Source: an uncultured Dehalococcoidia bacterium
Lineage (GTDB): Bacteria; Chloroflexota; Dehalococcoidia; Lucifugimonadales; Australimonadaceae
NCBI GenBank assembly: GCA_958295525.1
Contig: OY282355.1
Span: 1,915,931-1,979,930, forward strand
DNA: 64,000 nucleotides
Reading direction: 5' to 3'
The notes under the pieces are model-generated. The model saw nothing but the letters and a program-made list of their open reading frames with translations. It ran no database searches and was not told the DNA's origin. Both the position numbers and the translations under genes were made by a program. This document shows positions 1-8,128 of this stretch, one piece after another (positions within the stretch are counted from its first letter, which is position 1; every line of letters starts with the position of its first letter).

Positions 1-2
1 GC

Positions 3-1181
3 GACGACATTGTTCCCGGCGTCTACGTCAGCGCCGCCCTGACCGAACCGTGCGAATGGAGCAGACGCCGCGACTTCCGCGGCCGCCCCAATTCCGTCAT
101 CGGCGAGGGCGCGCTTGCGAGCGGCGTCCTCCGCCTCGCCGTTTTGCCCACCGACGGCGCCGTCAGGATTTCTCAGGGGTGCGGCGTTCTCTCGCTCGAA
201 ACGCAGGCGGGCGACTCCGCGCGCGGGGTCGCCGCTACGGAGCGCCGCCGCTCCGTGACGCTCAGCAGCGGCGTAAGCCATACCTGCGCGCTCACGCCGG
301 AAGGCGAAGCCGTTTGCTGGGGCAGCGACGCCCAAAAGCAATCGTCCCTTCCCGAACTGAAGGACGCGAAAGGAACCCCTGTCCCGCCGGAGACGCTCCG
401 CTTCACCTCCATCAGCGCGGGGAGTTTCCACACCTGCGCCATCCGCGACGGGCACGAGCCCCTATGCTGGGGCGACGACAAGGACGGGCAATCCTCGCCA
501 CCGGCGCGCGACCAGTTCGTCACGCTCGACAGCGGCGACCTCCACGTTTGCGCGCTCCGGCTCCAGGGCGTCACCGTGTGCTGGGGCAGCGACGGCGGCG
601 CGCTCGCGGGCGTCCCCACGCCCACCCCGACCTCCCGCGAGTCCCACTACTACGACGGACTCCGCCGCGCCACGCCCCCGCCCGACGAGCGGTTCGCCTC
701 CGTTAGCGCGGGCGGCCAGCACACTTGCGCCCTCCACTCCGACGGAACGCCCCGCTGCTGGGGCGCCAACCGCTACGGCCAGACCGGCCCGCCCGGAGGC
801 GAGCGTTTCGCGTCGATCAGCAGCGGCAGCCTGCACACCTGCGCCCTCAAGTTCGACGGAACGGCCGTCTGCTGGGGCAACGACGCCTACGGACAGGCGT
901 CGCCTCCGGCGGGGCAAACGTTCTTCGCCATAAGCAGCGGCAGGCAGCACACGTGCGCTCTCCGGCCCGACGGCGCCGCAGTCTGCTGGGGCAGCGACGC
1001 CGAAGGCCAGGCGTCGCCCCCCGATCCCGACGACCGCTACGCCGCAGTCAGCAGCGGCGCGCTCCATACTTGCGCCCTCCGGCTGGACGGCGCCGCCGTC
1101 TGCTGGGGCGCCGACACGCACGGGGAAGCCTCGCCTCCCGAAGCCGCCCGCTTCGCCGTCGGCGGCGCAACCGCCGGCTGA
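3..1181 (+). CDS. RCC1-repeat (beta-propeller) protein, 5' end outside window
   Basis: The frame stays open from the window edge to TGA at 1179-1181. It holds seven tandem repeats of the form xHTCAL-x-x-DG-x-x-x-CWG-x-x-x-x-GQ-x-x-PP, the RCC1-like signature. Confidence 0.8.
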   Translation, partial: DDIVPGVYVSAALTEPCEWSRRRDFRGRPNSVIGEGALASGVLRLAVLPTDGAVRISQGCGVLSLETQAGDSARGVAATERRRSVTLSSGVSHTCALTPEGEAVCWGSDAQKQSSLPELKDAKGTPVPPETLRFTSISAGSFHTCAIRDGHEPLCWGDDKDGQSSPPARDQFVTLDSGDLHVCALRLQGVTVCWGSDGGALAGVPTPTPTSRESHYYDGLRRATPPPDERFASVSAGGQHTCALHSDGTPRCWGANRYGQTGPPGGERFASISSGSLHTCALKFDGTAVCWGNDAYGQASPPAGQTFFAISSGRQHTCALRPDGAAVCWGSDAEGQASPPDPDDRYAAVSSGALHTCALRLDGAAVCWGADTHGEASPPEAARFAVGGATAG

Positions 1182-1186
1182 GCGGG

Positions 1187-1221
1187 CAATCGGACACGCG
1201 CCCCGTTGCGCGGCGCGCCCC
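1187..1221. repeat. 35-nt intergenic palindromic repeat, copy 1 (CAATCGGACACGCGCCCCGTTGCGCGGCGCGCCCC)
   Basis: Near-identical to 1977-2010, differing by one C. Contains the inverted repeat CGCGCC(n9)GGCGCG. Lies directly after a stop codon. Confidence 0.7.
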
Positions 1222-1232
1222 GCGCGCAGAAG

Positions 1233-1260
1233 TTGACACGCCCGAACAATATGTTAGGAT
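1233..1260 (+). promoter_or_regulatory. candidate sigma70-type promoter (TTGACA-16 nt-TAGGAT)
   Basis: Hexamers read directly in an AT-richer patch about 40 nt upstream of the ATG at 1301. No experimental support. Confidence 0.3.
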
Positions 1261-1300
1261 GATGTTAGGATTTATTGAAATGACGCGCAGGAGGCTTCCG

Positions 1301-1648
1301 ATGCCCAGCGAAAAGGTCGTTGTCCAGACCTCGCTCTCCATTGAGTGGCGGCAGGATGGCGGGATGTGCGCCGCCCACCTGAACGGGCTGGGGCTCACCG
1401 CCTACGGGCGCGGGAGGGACGAAGCGCGGGAGGGCGTCAAGCGCCTGTTCAAGACCTGGGTGGACGGCTACCGCAGGCTGGGCGTCCTCGAGCAGCGGCT
1501 CGACCGCATCGGCGCGGACTGGCGCTGGTACGACGACTACAAGGGCGACGTCCCTGTCGAGGATACGACGTCCGGCGGCCAAGCCCCGTTCGATGCCGTC
1601 GAGAGCATGCAGGTTGCGGCGGACGAGCCCGTCGCGATGGCGGCGTAG
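1301..1648 (+). CDS. hypothetical protein, HicB/UPF0150-like fold (tentative antitoxin)
   Basis: ATG at 1301 preceded by AGGAGG 6 nt upstream. It is the 3' part of track ORF 725..1648. The segment SLSIEWRQDGGMCAAHLNGLGLTAYGRGRDEAREGVKRLFKTWV resembles the HicB N-terminal pattern. The family call is weak. Confidence 0.5.
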   Translation: MPSEKVVVQTSLSIEWRQDGGMCAAHLNGLGLTAYGRGRDEAREGVKRLFKTWVDGYRRLGVLEQRLDRIGADWRWYDDYKGDVPVEDTTSGGQAPFDAVESMQVAADEPVAMAA

Positions 1649-1656
1649 CCTCCGCT

Positions 1657-1923
1657 ATGCAGGAGGATCGGCTCTCAGTCGTCCGCATCTCAACGGTCCG
1701 GAAGGCGTTGGAAGAGGCGGGGTTCGTCGAAGAAGCGCCTTGCGTATTCCTTTACTACGACGGCTTGCAAGGGGAGCCGTGGCAATTGGTCTTGGCGCCC
1801 GACCCCGACGGCGACGTGGTTATCCGGCACGTTCTGCGCGACATCGCGGAGCAAATCCCCATCCTCTCGGTTGAAGTCCGCAACTGGATCGCGCGGAATT
1901 TCGAGATAGAGACGGAACCCTAG
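1657..1923 (+). CDS. hypothetical protein (possibly HicA-like; weak)
   Basis: ATG at 1657, 9 nt after the upstream stop, in frame with the tail of track ORF 1345..1923. The motif VRKALEEAGFVEE recalls the HicA N-terminus, but the GSH motif is absent. Confidence 0.45.
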   Translation: MQEDRLSVVRISTVRKALEEAGFVEEAPCVFLYYDGLQGEPWQLVLAPDPDGDVVIRHVLRDIAEQIPILSVEVRNWIARNFEIETEP

Positions 1924-1976
1924 TCAGCCAAGTTAGGGGCGCCCTCCCCTCCGCCTGCGCCGCCCCGAATCCCCTG

Positions 1977-2010
1977 CAATCGGACACGCGCCCGTTGCGC
2001 GGCGCGCCCC
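1977..2010. repeat. 35-nt intergenic palindromic repeat, copy 2
   Basis: CAATCGGACACGCGCCCGTTGCGCGGCGCGCCCC, matching 1187-1221. Again sits between a stop codon and the next gene. Confidence 0.7.
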
Positions 2011-2051
2011 TCGCCGTGCTATCGTATGCCCGACGCGCAGGAGGTTGCCCC

Positions 2052-2546
2052 GTGAACATTGACGCCGTGCACCAAAAGATCGCCGACGATGAGGCGTTGC
2101 CGAAGGCGGAGGCGTTCGGCGAGGCGGTGAGCGATGCGCTATTCGCGTACACCTGCGCGACGGAAAGCGTTGAGGACTGCTATCGCGCCCTCGACCCGCA
2201 AGGGAACGAGGAGGCCGCCGCCCTGCTGAGGGAGGTCTACGAGACCGCCGCCCAGTCCTTGAACGCGATTGACGACGCCCTCCGCGACTACAACGCCGCC
2301 TTTCGGAAACTCGCCGGTTTCGCGCGTCCCCTCGAACCTAGAGACCTCCACGGCATGGCTGCTGTTGACGCGCTCTACGCGCTCGGCGGCAGCGCTCCCA
2401 TCGAAGACGTCATCGAGCGCGTCAATGGCCGGCTGGCCGCCGCCGGAGAGACGGCGTGGGCGGGGACGGTGGCGCGCGCTCGGCCGGTACAGGCGGATCG
2501 TCTACCCCAGGTAGCGAGTCACCTTGTCCGGTCGAACTCCTCGTGA
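2052..2546 (+). CDS. hypothetical protein
   Basis: GTG at 2052 with AGGAGG 6 nt upstream, inside track ORF 1995..2546. Helical, acidic protein with no motif recognised. Its 3' end overlaps the convergent restriction gene by 28 nt. Confidence 0.45.
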   Translation: MNIDAVHQKIADDEALPKAEAFGEAVSDALFAYTCATESVEDCYRALDPQGNEEAAALLREVYETAAQSLNAIDDALRDYNAAFRKLAGFARPLEPRDLHGMAAVDALYALGGSAPIEDVIERVNGRLAAAGETAWAGTVARARPVQADRLPQVASHLVRSNSS

Positions 2547-3217
2547 TGATGGTATAGGGTGTGCAGATCGGCGGAATTGACCCTGAACTTCGTTCCGTGG
2601 TTGCGAAGCCCGCTCCCGTTGGTTGTGCGCGCGTCAAAGTCTATGGCGACGACGCCTCGCTCTATCGCGTCGATGAATCGCGTGATCTGCGGCTCCTTGT
2701 ACAAACGCGCCGAATCGTAGCGAACGGCCTTCTGCTGCTTGGCCCCGGTGACGGTGATCAGTTGCCTGAACTTCGCCGCGAACGCATTGATGAGTCTGTC
2801 ATGCGTCCAATATGGCCAGTCTATGTCCCCTACGTCGTTTTTCACGTAGATGCGTTCGCCCTCGTTGACCACGTAAAACCCGCGCTTTGAGCGGCCTCTC
2901 AAGGTGTGCCGAAAGTTCGTCTGGCCGTGCTTCCCTTCCCAGCCGAATTTCTTAATGAGGTCGTGCATGTACCCGGGAGGCTCAGCCTCCATGTGGAACA
3001 ATGTGAGCAGGGTCTTTCCCGTGTGGAACTTAATCTCCCACTTTCCCGCGTCGGGCATGGAATAGTTCCGTCCGCTGATCTCCAGCAGGTCTTCGAGAAG
3101 CCGACCGGGCGCGCCAGAGCCGCCATAGCCCGTCTCTTCGGGTATCGGAATCCAGTCACGCTCCAAGACTCCTCGGAGCCGCGCGTAGAGTTCGTTATCG
3201 GGAACGAACAGCGTCAT
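2519..3217 (-). CDS. type II restriction endonuclease, MvaI/BcnI family
   Basis: 232 aa. PDAGKWEIKFH followed by LLTLFHMEA matches the D..E-x-K core and the LTLFH block remembered from BcnI/MvaI. The C-terminal GVVAIDFD...NHGTKFRV...LHTLY block is also family-like. The ATG overlaps the methylase stop (ATGA). Confidence 0.8.
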   Translation of the reverse strand: MTLFVPDNELYARLRGVLERDWIPIPEETGYGGSGAPGRLLEDLLEISGRNYSMPDAGKWEIKFHTGKTLLTLFHMEAEPPGYMHDLIKKFGWEGKHGQTNFRHTLRGRSKRGFYVVNEGERIYVKNDVGDIDWPYWTHDRLINAFAAKFRQLITVTGAKQQKAVRYDSARLYKEPQITRFIDAIERGVVAIDFDARTTNGSGLRNHGTKFRVNSADLHTLYHHHEEFDRTR

Positions 3218-4002
3218 TTTTGCACTCCCGCCCCGCGCTCCAAGCGGTCGTAGGCCAATTCCACGTACTCAGGGGCTTTCTCAATGCCGATCCAGCCCAC
3301 CCCTGCCCGCTCCGCCGCTATTGCCGTTGTGCCGCTCCCCATAAACGGATCGAGGACAGGCCCAGCCCCAACGGATTCTATACACCTCGCCGCCAGGTCA
3401 ACAGGGAAGGGCGCCGGGTGAGGATTATTGCTCTCTTGCTTGATTCTCCACACGCAGCCGACCGCGTTCGCCTTCGGCGCGAGTTTGAAATCCGGTTTGG
3501 CGATCAGGTACACCACCTCGTAGTCGGGCAGGAAGTAGCCCGGATTGAAATTGATCCCCCCCGCCCTATGCCAAATGATGATCTGACGCACAGGGAACCC
3601 CTCGACGATCTCGTGCCGGTCTTGGAGCAGTCCATTCTGGACGCGCCATTTATGGTTGTAGAAGATTGCCCCGTCGGAGCGGAGCACGCGCAGCATCTCG
3701 GACAGGCACTCCCGCTGCCAGGCTACGTACTCGTCGTAGGGGAGAGCGTCATCGTGGAGCGCGTAGCCGTCCTGCAACGCCGCTTTCGGCCATTTGCCGC
3801 CGTTGGCGTTCTTCAGCCCGTTGCCCGTGCTGTTCTTGATGTTGTAGGGCGGAGAGGTCACCACCACGCGCACGGACTGGTTCGGCATCGTCCGCATAAT
3901 ATCGAGGCAGTCGCCGCGCAGGATGACGCCCCGAAGCCCAAGCGACGGAGCGGGCTCGGGCTCGGCGGCTGTCTCTATGGAGTCTGGAACCGGGTGAACC
4001 AT
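3214..4002 (-). CDS. DNA methyltransferase, N4/N6 beta class (TSPPY motif, probably m4C)
   Basis: 262 aa. Motif IV VVTSPPYN precedes motif I DPFMGSGTT, the beta-class order. SPPY is typical of N4-cytosine enzymes. Translationally coupled to the R gene. Confidence 0.9.
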   Translation of the reverse strand: MVHPVPDSIETAAEPEPAPSLGLRGVILRGDCLDIMRTMPNQSVRVVVTSPPYNIKNSTGNGLKNANGGKWPKAALQDGYALHDDALPYDEYVAWQRECLSEMLRVLRSDGAIFYNHKWRVQNGLLQDRHEIVEGFPVRQIIIWHRAGGINFNPGYFLPDYEVVYLIAKPDFKLAPKANAVGCVWRIKQESNNPHPAPFPVDLAARCIESVGAGPVLDPFMGSGTTAIAAERAGVGWIGIEKAPEYVELAYDRLERGAGVQK

Positions 4003-4074
4003 GCAGGAGAGACTACTCCGCTATCGTAGGATATGGCAACAGGCCATACGCTGCGCTTGGTACGTCTACTACTC

Positions 4075-4317
4075 CTAGTAGTGGACGACGTAAACGAACC
4101 ACATGTCGAATTCAGGCCCGTCCCCTCCCGGGTGGGCTACGCATCCTCGCAGGGCAGCCTCTATGTTCTCCAACCGCTGCGCCTCGGCTTTCGAGTAGCT
4201 GGTGTGGAGAAGCTGCCAAGAGAGCCGCGGGTACGTGGTTCTCCATTCAGCTACTCGCTCGTTAAGCCTGGTAGTCATGCCTATTCTGCAAGCCACGGGT
4301 TCCTCCTTGAGGAACAA
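4075..4317 (-). CDS. small hypothetical protein (degenerate GIY-YIG-like?), start 4317 or 4278
   Basis: 80-aa ORF directly upstream of the methylase gene. IGMTTRLNERVAEW...SKAEAQRLENIEAAL...WFVYVV resembles small GIY-YIG-like proteins only loosely. Confidence 0.35.
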   Translation of the reverse strand: MFLKEEPVACRIGMTTRLNERVAEWRTTYPRLSWQLLHTSYSKAEAQRLENIEAALRGCVAHPGGDGPEFDMWFVYVVHY

Positions 4318-4402
4318 TGATGTAGAACAAACATACTACGCCGACTCTGTGTTGTCAACCCCCGACTGCATTGTTCCGCTTGTCCTCCCCGCCGCTCCCT
4401 CA

Positions 4403-4432
4403 TTGACAGCCCCGCCGCCGCGCCGCTACGCT
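4403..4432 (+). promoter_or_regulatory. candidate promoter (TTGACA-18 nt-TACGCT)
   Basis: Hexamers read directly. The -10 element lies inside the 44-nt repeat 4422-4465. Confidence 0.3.
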
Positions 4433-4465
4433 AGGCGTAACCGCAGAGACGAGGAAGGAACGCCT
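4422..4465 (+). repeat. 44-nt direct repeat, copy 1 (GCCGCTACGCTAGGCGTAACCGCAGAGACGAGGAAGGAACGCCT)
   Basis: Matches 4874-4916 apart from a 1-nt indel. Contains an SD-like GAGGAAGG. Confidence 0.7.
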
Positions 4466-4580
4466 TGCGTGTGAGGGAGATTTCAGGATCGGGACAGTCG
4501 GCGGCGCGGCTGACAACCAGTGCCCGGAGGCGCGGGAGACACGCCTCGCTCGTAGAGCAAGAGAGGAAGGAGACGGAGCA

Positions 4581-4796
4581 ATGTACAGGTATCTGAAACT
4601 CGGCGAGTCGCCCGGACATTGGTTCGCCTGCGACGACCACGGCGGCGCCACTCACTGGAGCATCCTCGCGACCGTCCGCAAGAATCCCGCGGACGGCCTC
4701 TGGCACGCCAGCGCCGTGGAAGAGCGTTGGAAAGCGCCCCAGACCGGCAAGACGCGGGACGAGGCGGTGCGCGCCGCGCTCGCTCCTGTCGCGTAG
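4581..4796 (+). CDS. small hypothetical protein
   Basis: 71 aa with ATG preceded by GGAAGGAGACGGAGCA. Lies between the two 44-nt repeats. No motif recognised. Confidence 0.4.
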   Translation: MYRYLKLGESPGHWFACDDHGGATHWSILATVRKNPADGLWHASAVEERWKAPQTGKTRDEAVRAALAPVA

Positions 4797-4873
4797 CCAG
4801 GAGGAGCGGGCTGCGATACGCGCCAAGTTCCGCAAGCCTCGGGCGGCGGCGAGGCCGGCGTGCCTACGCCCGT

Positions 4874-4916
4874 GCCGCTACGCTAGGCGTACCGCAGAGA
4901 CGAGGAAGGAACGCCT
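4874..4916 (+). repeat. 44-nt direct repeat, copy 2
   Basis: GCCGCTACGCTAGGCGTACCGCAGAGACGAGGAAGGAACGCCT, followed at once by an ATG opening only a 12-codon ORF. Confidence 0.7.
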
Positions 4917-5233
4917 ATGCGCCCGCCCCACAGCGTGTTGGACGTCGCGGAGTAGGACTGACGCCAGCGCATCCCCGCCCCAAAGATGACATCTACGACG
5001 CTTCATTGAAAGCCTGATCCGCATTAGGCGGGAACCCGCCGCGCCTGCTTCCTGCTCGCCATCACGACAATTTCCTATGCGCCGCGCGCTGCGACATTCG
5101 CCCATTGCGCGATGGCGCGCCCGTTCCTTACGATGGAGCCGCGTCAACCGGAGCGCGAAGCCAGCGGGGGAAGCCTCGGATGACCTACTGAGACAACCAA
5201 GAGCGGCCAACTGACGAGAGGAGCGCCAACGCG

Positions 5234-6496
5234 ATGAACCACCCTCCCCTGAACGTGAACCGCGAGCGGCTGGACGCCGACATCCGCCGCCTCGCCGAAT
5301 TCACCGACCCCAACTTGCCTTACACCCGCCGGGCCTTCTCGCCCGAGTACGCCGCCGCGCGCGAGTGGCTCGCCGAGCGCTTCCGCGACGCTGGACTCGA
5401 CACGCGGGTGGACGCCGCCGGCAACCTCATCGGACGGCTCGGCGCAGGGGGCGGGCCCGTCCTGATGCTCGGCTCCCACATAGACACCGTGGAGGCGGGC
5501 GGACGCTTCGACGGCGTCGTGGGCGTCCTCGGCGCGCTCGAAATCGCCCGCCGCCTGCGCGAGTCCGGCGCCGCGCTTGCGCGCCCTCTCGAAATCGTGG
5601 ACTTCGTCTGCGAGGAGCCGACGATCGTTGATCTGAGCCCGCTCGGCAGCCGCGTTATGGCGGGCGACGTAACCGCCGAAATGATCGCCGCCGCCGCCGT
5701 TCCGTCCGGCGAACCGCTCGGCGAGGCGATAGCGCGGCTCGGCGGCGACCCTGCCCGGCTCCACGAGGCGCGCCGCAAGCCCGGCGAAACGCTCGCCTAC
5801 CTGGAGTTGCACATCGAGCAGGGCCCCGTACTGGAGCGCGCGGGAGCGGACGTCGGAATCGTCACCGTCATCGCCGCGCCTTGCCGCGCGGTCGTCTCGC
5901 TCACCGGCGTCGCCGATCACGCGGGCGCGACCTCGATGGCCGACCGCCGCGACGCGCTCGCGGGCGCCGCCGAACTGATCCTCGCCGTCGAGCGCGCCGC
6001 AAGCGCCCCCGACCTCGCGCAGGAAAGCGTCGGCACTGTCGGCTTTCTGCGCGTCAGCCCCAATATGGTCAACGTCATCCCCGGCCGCGTGGACCTCACG
6101 GTGGAGGCGCGAAGCACGCAGAGCGAGGCGCTTCTGTGGGCCCGCGAGGAGATCGAGCGTTCGCTCCGCGAGATAGCCGCCCGCCGCGGCCTCGACGCAA
6201 CGCTCGAATGGCGTCATTTGGAGGAACCCGTCCCAATCCCCGTCGAAATGCAAGATGTCATTGCGGAATCCGCAACGGACTTGCGGATTCGCGCGATGCG
6301 TCTGCCCAGCCGCGCATCCCACGACGCCGCCCGCCTCGCCCCCGTCGCCCCCGTCGGAATGGTGTTCATCCCTTGCAAAGACGGGCGAAGCCATTGCCCA
6401 GAGGAGTGGGCGGAGACGGACGACGTCGCCGCCGGAGCGGAGGTCTTGGCGCGCGCGCTCCTCGAACTCGACGCCCAGTCCCGCGCCGTCCGTTAA
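5234..6496 (+). CDS. M20-family Zn-dependent amidohydrolase (allantoate amidohydrolase / N-carbamoyl-L-amino-acid hydrolase type)
   Basis: 420 aa. Contains LPYTRRAFS, DAAGNLIGR, GSHIDTV..GGRFDGVVGV and a C-terminal SRASHDA...FIPCKDGRSHCPEEW, all typical of the hydantoinase/carbamoylase amidase family. Confidence 0.9.
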   Translation: MNHPPLNVNRERLDADIRRLAEFTDPNLPYTRRAFSPEYAAAREWLAERFRDAGLDTRVDAAGNLIGRLGAGGGPVLMLGSHIDTVEAGGRFDGVVGVLGALEIARRLRESGAALARPLEIVDFVCEEPTIVDLSPLGSRVMAGDVTAEMIAAAAVPSGEPLGEAIARLGGDPARLHEARRKPGETLAYLELHIEQGPVLERAGADVGIVTVIAAPCRAVVSLTGVADHAGATSMADRRDALAGAAELILAVERAASAPDLAQESVGTVGFLRVSPNMVNVIPGRVDLTVEARSTQSEALLWAREEIERSLREIAARRGLDATLEWRHLEEPVPIPVEMQDVIAESATDLRIRAMRLPSRASHDAARLAPVAPVGMVFIPCKDGRSHCPEEWAETDDVAAGAEVLARALLELDAQSRAVR

Positions 6497-6527
6497 TAAA
6501 GATAGCGCAAAATCGTAACAAAAACGC

Positions 6528-6556
6528 TTGATTCCGCTATTCGGGCGTCGTATACT
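6528..6556 (+). promoter_or_regulatory. near-consensus promoter (TTGATT-17 nt-TATACT)
   Basis: Read directly in the only AT-rich patch after the amidase gene, about 75 nt upstream of the ATG at 6633. Confidence 0.4.
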
Positions 6557-6632
6557 GACGTCGTCGGCTGAATCGTGGCGCCACTGAGGACTGCCGGAGA
6601 CGAGCGGAAAGCACGGAGAAAGGGACAAGACG

Positions 6633-6848
6633 ATGTTGCAAGCGATCATAGGAATGTTCAGCGCTTTTGCAGAGGGGCTGGCCCTCGCGCGGGTCGCCGG
6701 CCGCCACGAGAACGACCCCGGCAAGATGACCGGCGCGATCCAGAACGCGCTCGCTCAGCGGCGCGCTCCGGCGGCGCCTTCCCTGATCCTCGCCTCGGTC
6801 CTCGATGAGCCCATCGAGACCAGGGAACCGGAGAAGGCGGCGGCCTAA
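6633..6848 (+). CDS. small hypothetical protein
   Basis: 71-aa ORF downstream of the candidate promoter with a weak SD (GGAGAAAGGGA). No recognisable family. Confidence 0.3.
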   Translation: MLQAIIGMFSAFAEGLALARVAGRHENDPGKMTGAIQNALAQRRAPAAPSLILASVLDEPIETREPEKAAA

Positions 6849-6879
6849 CGAGCGCCGGCGCGCAAGGCAACGTTACTGC

Positions 6880-6906
6880 CGTCATTCCCGCGTAGCCGGG
6901 AATCTC
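6880..6906 (-). repeat. REP-like palindromic element (inverted orientation)
   Basis: The reverse complement reads GAGATTCCCGGCTACGCGGGAATGACG, the same family as 18715, 31547 and the other copies. Confidence 0.75.
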
Positions 6907-6990
6907 GCCTGACCTCACTCCCGACGGCGGGAGGGAATAGGGCGAGGGCAGGAACGAAACGCGAAAGAACGAAGAAAGGAGGGGAAAGAG

Positions 6991-7143
6991 ATGATTCTCC
7001 TCAAGGCATGCGCCCACTGCGGCGGCGACGTTCAGTGCAGGAAGGGCATAGATGGCCTCGAGTGCCAGTGCCTCCTGTGCAGCCGCGCGCTCGACCTGAA
7101 AACCGCCGCCGCCCTCATCCAGCAGCGCAAGACCGCTGCCTAG
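6991..7143 (+). CDS. 50-aa zinc-ribbon-like small protein (below the ORF-track size cut-off)
   Basis: ATG at 6991 preceded by GAAAGGAGGGGAAAGAG. The translation is MILLKACAHCGGDVQCRKGIDGLECQCLLCSRALDLKTAAALIQQRKTAA, with CxxC...CxC..C cysteines. Confidence 0.45.
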   Translation: MILLKACAHCGGDVQCRKGIDGLECQCLLCSRALDLKTAAALIQQRKTAA

Positions 7144-7204
7144 CCCCGGCTTCCCATAAAGCCAACGGCGAGAGCCGGCGCAACGCGCGCCGGCTCTCGT
7201 CGAC

Positions 7205-8023
7205 TTACGCGCCCCGCAGCAGAAACTCCCGCGCGACTTCCGCGTAGACGTCCGGGTATTCCAAGTGCGCCCAGTGGCCTCCGCCCGGAATCTCTGCGAG
7301 TTCGCAATTCGGAATGGCCGCTTGCATCCGCTCCGCGACGTCGCGCCGCAGCAGCGTGCTCTCCGCCCCGCGCACGATGAGCGTCGGCGCGCCGACTTCC
7401 GGCAGGCGGCTCCATACGTCGGGCCTGTCGTACATCGTGACGACGTCGCGGCTGCGCTTCCAAGTCCGCCGCCCGCCGCCTATCCCGACCGTGAGCGCGT
7501 CCGCGTTCCGCCGCAGTTCCGCGTCGCTTGCGTTCGGCTGCCGCGACCGCAGGCGCTCCACGACCGCCTCCACGCTCTCGTATTCGTCCGACTCGCCTTT
7601 GTAGCGCGAAATCATTGCGACGGAGCCGGGGTTGTAGGAGTCCGGGTCCATATCCGTGATGACGAGTTTGGAGGCGATGCCGGGGTTGTCGGCGATGCAG
7701 AGCCATGCGTTCTTGCTCCCCGCCGAGTGCCCGATCAGCGCGGGCTTGTCGAGGCCGAGGCCGCGGATGACGTCCCGCGTCTCGGCGACGTAGTCGGCCA
7801 GCCGGTAGGAGTCCGCGCGCGGGCTGTCGCCGTGCCCGCGATGGTCGAGCGCGAGCATGTGGAACTCGTCGCGCACGGACTCGGCGAATGTCCCCCAGAG
7901 CGCGGCGGAGTCCTGCAGCCCGTGCAGCAGAAGGATGGGCGGCGCGGAGGCGTTGCCCCAATCCAAGCAATGCAGGTCGAGTCCCTGGGCGTTCACGCGA
8001 CGGGAAATCGGGGGCGTCGTCAT
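7205..8023 (-). CDS. alpha/beta-fold hydrolase
   Basis: ILLLHGLQDSA and the nucleophile elbow GHSAGS are present. Start is taken at ATG 8023 (GGAG about 10 nt upstream); the track ORF extends to 8092. Confidence 0.85.
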   Translation of the reverse strand: MTTPPISRRVNAQGLDLHCLDWGNASAPPILLLHGLQDSAALWGTFAESVRDEFHMLALDHRGHGDSPRADSYRLADYVAETRDVIRGLGLDKPALIGHSAGSKNAWLCIADNPGIASKLVITDMDPDSYNPGSVAMISRYKGESDEYESVEAVVERLRSRQPNASDAELRRNADALTVGIGGGRRTWKRSRDVVTMYDRPDVWSRLPEVGAPTLIVRGAESTLLRRDVAERMQAAIPNCELAEIPGGGHWAHLEYPDVYAEVAREFLLRGA

Positions 8024-8128
8024 TGGCGTATTGCTCCAAGCCGGTGGAATCGGCGCGCCGCGAGGGTGGGGAAGCCGGACGCGCTCCCGCAAATCGTAGC
8101 GCCTGCGCCCTGACCTCGCAGGCGACCC

